From the NCBI GenBank assembly GCA_002269645.1, contig NIVC01000105.1:39992-103991 (forward strand): a DNA stretch of 64,000 nucleotides, in the 5' to 3' direction. The position numbers and the translations under genes were made by a program. Origin of the DNA: Macrostomum lignano. Lineage: Eukaryota. This document shows, one piece after another, positions 56,901 through 64,000 of the stretch (positions are counted from its first letter, which is position 1; every line of letters starts with the position of its first letter). The notes below the pieces were generated by a model. The model was not told where the DNA came from and did not search any database. It worked only from the letters and a program-made list of their open reading frames with translations.

Positions 56901-59900
56901 GTATTCAGTGTCAGAGATGCTGAAATATTCTGTGTCAGATGCTGACAATATTCTGTCAGAGATGCGACAATATTCTGTGTCAGAGAGATGCTGACAATAT
57001 TCTGTGTCAGAGATTGCTGACAGTATTCAGTGTCAGAGAGATGCTGACAATATTCAGTGTCAGAGAGATGCTGACAATATTCAGTGTCAAAGAGATGCTG
57101 ACAATATTCAGTGTCAGAGAGATGCTGACAATATTCAGTGTCAGAGAGATGCTGACAATATTCAGTGTCAGAGAGATGCTGACAGTATTCTGTGTCAGAG
57201 AGATGCTGACAGTATTCTGTGTCAGAGAGATGCTGACAATATTCTGTGTCAGAGAGATGCTGACAATATTCAGTGTCAGAGAGATGCTGACAGTATTAAG
57301 TGTCAGAGAGATGCTGACAGTATTCTGTGTCAGAGAGATGCTGACAATATTCTGTGTCAGAGAGATGCTGACAATATTCAGTGTCAGAGAGATGCTGACA
57401 ATATTCAGTGTCAGAGAGATGCTGACAGTATTCTGTGTCAGAGAGATGCTGACAAAATTCTGTGTCAGAGTGATGCTGACAGTATTCTGTGTCAGAGAGA
57501 TGCTGACAATATTCTGTGTCAGAGAGATGCTGACAATATTCAGTGTCAGAGAGATGCTGACAATATTCAGTGTCAGAGAGATGCTGACAGTATTCTGTGT
57601 CAGAGAGATGCTGACAATATTCAGTGTCAGAGAGATGCTGACAGTATTCTGTGTCAGAGAGATGCTGACAGTATTCTGTGTCAGAGAGATGCTGACAATA
57701 TTCAGTGTCAGAGAGATGCTGACAATATTCAGTGTCAGAGAGATGCTGACAGTATTCTGTGTCAGAGAGATGCTGACAATATTCTGTGTCAGAGAGATGC
57801 TGACAATATTCTGTGTCAGAGAGATGCTGACAGTATTCAGTGTCAGAGAGATGCTGACAATATTCTGTGTCAGAGAGATGCTGACAATATTCTGTGTCAG
57901 AGAGATGCTGACAGTATTCAGTGTCAGAGAGATGCTGACAGTATTCTGTGTCAGAGAGATGCTGACAATATTCTGTGTCAGATATGCTGACAGTATTCAG
58001 TGTCAGAGATGCCGAAAATATTCTGTGTCAGATTTGCTGACAATATTCTGTCAGAGTTGCCGACAATATTCTGTGTCAGAGAGATGCTGACAATATTCTG
58101 TGTCAGAGATTCTGACAGTATTCAGTGTCAGAGAGATGCTGACAATATTCTGTGTCAGAGAGATGCTGACAATATTCAGTGTCAAAGAGATGCTGACAAT
58201 ATTCTGTGTCACAGAGAGATGCTGACAATATTCAGTGTCAGAGAGATGCTGACAATATTCAGTGTCAGAGAGATGCTGACAGTATTCTGTGTCAGAGAGA
58301 TGCTGACAATATTCAGTGTCAGAGAGATGCTGACAATATTCTGTGTCAGAGAGATGCTGACAATATTCAGTGTCAGAGAGATGCTGACAATATTCAGTGT
58401 CAGAGAGATGCTGACAGTATTCTGTGTCAGAGAGATGCTGACAATATTCTGTGTCAGAGAGATGCTGACAATATTCTGTGTCAGAGAGATGCTGACAATA
58501 TTCTGTGTCAGAGAGATGCTGACATATTCAGTGTCAGAGAGATGCTGACAGTATTCTGTGTCAGAGAGATGCTGACAATATTCTGTGTCAGATATGCTGA
58601 CAGTATTCAGTGTCAGAGATGCTGACAGTATTCTGTGTCAGAGAGATGCTGACAATATTCTGTGTCAGAGAGATGCTGACAATATTCTGTGTCAGAGAGA
58701 TGCTGACAATATTCTGTGTCAGAGAGATGCTGACAATATTCTGTGTCAGAGAGATGCTGACAATATTCAGTGTCAGAGAGATGCTGACAATATTCTCTGT
58801 CAGAGAGATGCTGACAATATTCTGTGTCAGAGAGATGCTGACAATATTCTGTGTCAGAGAGATGCTGACAATATTCTGTGTCAGAGAGATGCTGACAATA
58901 TTCTGTGTCAGAGAGATGCTGACAATATTCTGTGTCAGAGAGATGCTGACAGTATTCTGTGTCAGAGAGATGCTGACAGTATTCTGTGTCAGAGAGATGC
59001 TGACAATATTCTGTGTCAGAGAGATGCTGACAATATTCTGTGTCAGAGAGATGCTGACAATATTCTGTGTCAGAGAGATGCTGACAGTATTCTGTGTCAG
59101 ATTTGCTGACAATATTCAGTGTCAGAGAGATGCTGACAGTATTCTGTGTCAGAGAGATGCTGACAGTATTCTGTGTCAGATTTGCTGACAATATTCTGTG
59201 TCAGAGAGATGCTGACAATATTCTGTGTCAGAGAGATGCTGACAATATTCTGTGTCAGAGAGATGCTGACAGTATTCTGTGTCAGATTTGCTGACAATAT
59301 TCTGTGTCAGAGAGATGCTGACAATATTCTGTGTCAGAGAGATGCTGACAATATTCTGTGTCAGAGAGATGCTGACAATATTCTGTGTCAGAGAGATGCT
59401 GACAATATTCAGTGTCAGAGAGATGCTGACAATATTCTGTGTCAGAGAGATGCTGACAATATTCTGTGTCAGAGAGATGCTGACAATATTCTGTGTCAGA
59501 GAGATGCTGACATATTCTGTGTCAGATTTGCTGACAATATTCTGTGTCAGAGAGATGCTGACAATATTCTGTGTCAGAGAGATGCTGACAATATTCTGTG
59601 TCAGAGAGATGCTGACAATATTCTGTGTCAGAGAGATGCTGACAATATTCAGTGTCAGAGAGATGCTGACAGTATTCAGTGTCAGAGAGATGCTGACAAT
59701 ATTCTGTGTCAGAGAGATGCTGACAGTATTCTGTCAGAGAGATGCTGACAATATTCAGTGTCAGAGAGATGCTGACAGTATTCAGTGTCAGAGAGATGCT
59801 GACAATATTCTGTGTCAGAGAGATGCTGACAGTATTCTGTCAGAGAGATGCTGACAATATTCAGTGTCAGAGAGATGCTGACAGTATTCAGTGTCAGAGA

Positions 59901-61418
59901 GATGCTGACAATATTCTGTGTCAGAGAGATGCTGACAATATTCAGTGTCAGAGAGATGCTGACAGTATTCAGTGTCAGAGAGATGCTGACAATATTCTGT
60001 GTCAGAGAGATGCTGACAGTATTCTGTCAGAGAGATGCTGACAATATTCAGTGTCAGAGAGATGCTGACAGTATTCAGTGTCAGAGAGATGCTGACAATA
60101 TTCTGTGTCAGAGAGATGCTGACAGTATTCTGTCAGAGAGATGCTGACAATATTCAGTGTCAGAGAGATGCTGACAGTATTCAGTGTCAGAGAGATGCTG
60201 ACAATATTCTGTGTCAGAGAGATGCTGACAGTATTCAGTGTCAGAGAGATGCTGACAGTATTCAGTGTCAGAGAGATGCTGACAATATTCTGTGTCAGAG
60301 AGATGCTGACAGTATTCTGTCAGAGAGATGCTGACAATATTCAGTGTCAGAGAGATGCTGACAGTATTCAGTGTCAGAGAGATGCTGACAATATTCTGTG
60401 TCAGAGAGATGCTGACAGTATTCTGTCAGAGAGATGCTGACAATATTCAGTGTCAGAGAGATGCTGACAGTATTCAGTGTCAGAGAGATGCTGACAATAT
60501 TCTGTGTCAGAGAGATGCTGACAGTATTCAGTGTCAGAGAGATGCTGACAATATTCTGTGTCAGAGAGATGCTGACAGTATTCTGTCAGAGAGATGCTGA
60601 CAATATTCAGTGTCAGAGAGATGCTGACAGTATTCAGTGTCAGAGAGATGCTGACAATATTCTGTGTCAGAGAGATGCTGACAGTATTCTGTCAGAGAGA
60701 TGCTGACAGTATTCTGTCAGAGAGATGCTGACAGTATTCAGTGTCAGAGAGATGCTGACAGTATTCAGTGTCAGAGAGATGCTGACAATATTCTGTGTCA
60801 GAGAGATGCTGACAGTATTCTGTCAGAGAGATGCTGACAATATTCAGTGTCAGAGAGATGCTGACAGTATTCAGTGTCAGAGAGATGCTGACAGTATTCA
60901 GTGTCAGAGAGATGCTGACAATATTCTGTGTCAGAGAGATGCTGACAATATTCAGTGTCAGAGAGATGCTGACAATATTCTGTGTCAGAGAGATGCTGAC
61001 AATATTCTGTGTTAGAGATTCTGACAGTATTCAGTGTCAGAGAGATGCTGACAATATTCAGTGTCAGAGAGATGCTGACAATATTCTGTGTCAGAGAGAT
61101 GTTGACAATATTCTGTGTCAGAGAGATGCTGACAATATTCTGTGTCAGAGAGATGCTGACAATATTCTGTGTCAGAGAGATGCTGACAATATTCTGTGTC
61201 AGAGAGATGCTGACAATATTCTGTGTCAGAGAGATGCTGACAGTATTCTGTGTCACAGAGATGCTGACAGTATTCTGTGTCAGAGAGATGCTGACAATAT
61301 TCTGTGTCAGAGAGATGCTGACAATATTCTGTGTCAGCGAGATGCTGACAGTATTCTGTGTCAGAGAGATGCTGACAGTATTCTGTGTCAGCGATTTCTG
61401 ACGATTTTCTGTGTCAGA
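50940..61418 (+). repeat. 10.5-kb satellite of 27-bp units GAGAGATGCTGACA(A/G)TATTC(T/A)GTGTCA with higher-order structure
   Basis: Roughly 390 tandem units plus 25-bp deletion variants. Explains all the REMLTIFCV / QRDADNILC ORFs. Confidence 0.97.
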
Positions 61419-62037
61419 TGCAAACAGCTTAGGATATCAAAACGCTGGCTTCGCCTTAAACATTCCCCATATCTTGAATATTTGACTGACTTCGAAATCT
61501 TGACTCTAAAAACAATTTCAAAACGCTAACAGCGGTAGACTCAGGAATAGACTAAAAAAATTCTTTTGAAAGTCAATATCCCACACGCTGCCCTCAATTC
61601 TGACTGATTTATCGGTTTGTTACGCAATCTTTATTGACTCAAATTGCAGTTGAAATCGTCTTAGAAAAATCGTCTAAGCAATTATCTAGGGATGAATTTT
61701 AATCCAAAAGATTTCTCCAACTGATAAGACTCAATCACGTTCTCATTCTTTTAAAATTTATAACGAGCCAGCTCATTTTGCTACGATGAGTGGAATGAGT
61801 CAGTCATCGTCTTGTCGATGATAACATTTTTTGAGAGCTTCATTATCAGCTGTGCTTCAATGTGACGGTGTATGACTTGAACTGGTGACAGGGGCACGAG
61901 AGACTAATGCTTTTTGAGAAGAAAAGGGGAATTTGAAAGATTGAGAATAGAGGAAACTGATAAGAGGGTGGGGATGCGAGAGAGCGAGAGAAAGATAGAA
62001 AGAGCAGGAAAAAGGAAGGACAAAGGAAGGACAAATA

Positions 62038-63039
62038 CTTCGGGTGTGTCATAAGTAATGTCACTGATGTGAAAACAGACGAACTTGCAATCGCAGATGA
62101 ACAAAACTGTACCACTCAACAACATAGAGTCCCCCAACATCAATCACCCTCTGGCAGTGCTCATACAGCTTGTCCACCTCAGCCTGCAGGTGTTTTTCCT
62201 CCAACTGCCGTAACCAGTGCAACGCGGCCTGTTTGACCTCTTTATGGTTTGCGAAACTCTTCTTGGAAAAGTCAGCCTTCAGCCATTTGAACAGGAATCT
62301 CTTGCACAAGTTGAAGTCCGGGCTGTAGGGACTCTGTCAGAGCAGATTCACTCGCCATGCAGGCAGAAAATTCGAAAAAGCCTTACAGGTGTGCGGCCGT
62401 GCGGTGTCCATCTGCCACAGAACCTCGTCCAGGTGACATGGATTTGACCGGAGATTGCGCCAGAGGTCTCCAGTGTGCCGGATAAAGTCGATAAAATACT
62501 GGCCATCGACTTTGGTGTTCGGTGGAGTTGTGCAGATGGAGACTCGTTCATTTGGCGTGAAGGCTACCAGCAGCATGGTCTTCTTGTCCAAGATGGACTT
62601 CCTGGTCACAGTCGCCCTGGAGTCCCCAGCTCCCAGCCAGCAGCGATTGTCTGCCTTGCTGCCCTTGCCATCCAGGTGGAGCCAGCTTTCATCCTCAGCA
62701 ACCAGGCAGTTTAGGATGTCATTCAAGCCCCGCCTGCTGAACACCTTGCGGATCTGCTTGATGCAGGCGTCTTGTCGAGATTCATGGTGATTTTTGTTCG
62801 CTGCATAGACGATTTCTCGCACTTTTTTTTAGCACTTTAGCACCCAGTGATTTTAAGCACTTGCTAAATCTGCTTGGCGTATTCTTGCAATAGCTTGGGC
62901 CATAAACAACCTATGCACGTCTCAAATGCACTGGTATTGCTTCACTAAGTATACTTTGCAGCTACGCTACCCACAAGTCCATGTGCCTACATATTTTAGA
63001 CAGAAGCCTGCAGTGACATTACTTATGACACACCCGAAG
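62038..63039 (-). mobile_element. 1002-bp mariner (Tc1/mariner DD34D-type) element, non-autonomous
   Basis: Perfect 29-bp TIRs CTTCGGGTGTGTCATAAGTAATGTCACTG (62038-62066 and 63011-63039), flanked by TA on both sides. Confidence 0.92.
62061..62822 (-). pseudogene. Mariner transposase pseudogene (catalytic domain remnant)
   Basis: AEDESW, WQMDTARPH and QSPYSPDFNLCKRFLF motifs with D-34 spacing. In-frame TGA at 62337-62339, third catalytic Asp replaced by Lys, and no recognisable N-terminal HTH/WVPHEL region. Confidence 0.85.
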
Positions 63040-63069
63040 TACATGAGACAGACCGACTGGCAAACACAG

Positions 63070-63105
63070 AGTGAGAGAGAGGGGAGGTGGAGTGAGAGAG
63101 AGGGA

Positions 63106-63141
<36 letters not shown>

Positions 63142-63316
63142 AGAGAGGGAGATGGAGATGGGGAGGGAGGTTGAGAGGGAGAGGGAGATGGAAAGGGAGA
63201 GAGAGAGGGAGAGGGAGAGGGAGAGGGAGAGGGAGAGGGAGAGGGAGAGGGAGAGGGAGAGAGAGAGAGGGAGATGGAGAGGGAGACGGAGAGGGAGTGG
63301 GAGAGGGGGAGAGGGA

Positions 63317-63374
<58 letters not shown>

Positions 63375-63735
63375 TAGGGAGATGGAGAAGAGATGAAGAT
63401 AGAGAGGGAGACGGAGATTGGGAGGGAGGTTGAGAGGGAGAGGGAGATGGAAAGGGAGAGGGAGAGGGAGAGGGAGAGGGAGAGGGAGAGGGAGAGGGAG
63501 AGGGAGAGGGAGAGGGAGATGGAGAGGGAGAGGGAGAGAGGGAGAGAGGGAGAGAGAGAGGAGAGCCTTCAATCCTGGGCACTGACACGGTAAAAATACC
63601 AGGAGCAAAAGAATTGAACTGCTATAGTTGCCGATATTTCGAAATTATTATATTTCTTCGTCAGGGCAAGGTGAAAAGGGAGAGGGAGAGGGAGAGGGAG
63701 AGGGAGATTGAGAGGGAGAGAGAGAGAGAGGGAGA
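63070..63735 (+). repeat. Polypurine (GA)n/(GAGAGG)n tract (63070-63560 and 63678-63735)
   Basis: Read directly. Includes an internal duplicated block GGGAGGGAGGTTGAGAGGGAGAGGGAGATGGAAAGGG. Confidence 0.95.
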
Positions 63736-64000
63736 TCAGGCATCAGGCAGATATTTGCACGATTCATGGAATTCAAGAAAAAGACACCTCTTCTCTTCAT
63801 AGAAGAAGAAGAATCAAAAGAAGATTTGAATCTCTGCAAATAATTGACGACTGGCAATTATCGACCGCTGCATATCTACAGATTTGTTTGAGTTAAAATA
63901 GCAGCGCCAGCTAATGGCTGTCTGGCGATAAGACTTGGCTGTGATTTCTTGGCCATTAATCGATTTGCTTGCGACTGCGGGCCATAAATTGGCCTTTTAC

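Noticed and set aside
46947-61418. CRISPR-like appearance of the palindromic 26- and 27-bp repeats
   Set aside because: Units are head-to-tail with no unique spacers, there are no cas genes, and the context is eukaryotic.
50949-61529. Dozens of REMLTIFCV / QRDADNILC ORFs
   Set aside because: Artefacts of the 27-bp satellite.
62337-62339. In-frame TGA in the transposase as selenocysteine or programmed read-through
   Set aside because: The third catalytic Asp is also lost and the N-terminus is missing, so simple pseudogenisation explains it.
62967-63857. ERERER / LSLSLS / PSPSPS ORFs
   Set aside because: Translations of the (GA)n/(GAGAGG)n polypurine tract.

Overview
Animal (invertebrate) nuclear DNA with spliceosomal introns. 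The GC-rich coding sequence and minisatellite-filled introns are reminiscent of the flatworm Macrostomum, but this is an unverified impression. 0.8-19.6 kb: a tandem, same-strand array of seven intact, intron-free, divergent DEG/ENaC (ASIC/ENaC/FaNaC superfamily) channel genes. They keep the HG motif and TM2 GxS filter but share only 6 extracellular cysteines, have hypervariable finger/thumb segments and carry gene-conversion-like tracts. This is the best candidate for an undescribed lineage-specific ligand- or chemo-sensing channel family. The rest holds a two-exon glutaminyl cyclase (27.7-29.8 kb), a tandem-DED caspase-8/10-like gene with QCCRG (minus strand, 32.4-33.8 kb) and a four-exon WD40 gene (39.4-49.0 kb). 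Mobile DNA includes a tRNA-headed CORE-like SINE, two foldback elements with target-site duplications inserted in related minisatellites, a Harbinger-like MITE and a dead mariner with perfect TIRs. There are also CpG-free patches and roughly 24 kb of unrelated minisatellites, including a 10.5-kb 27-bp satellite. All long repetitive ORFs in the track are satellite artefacts. Family assignments rest on motif recognition by eye; no database search was run.
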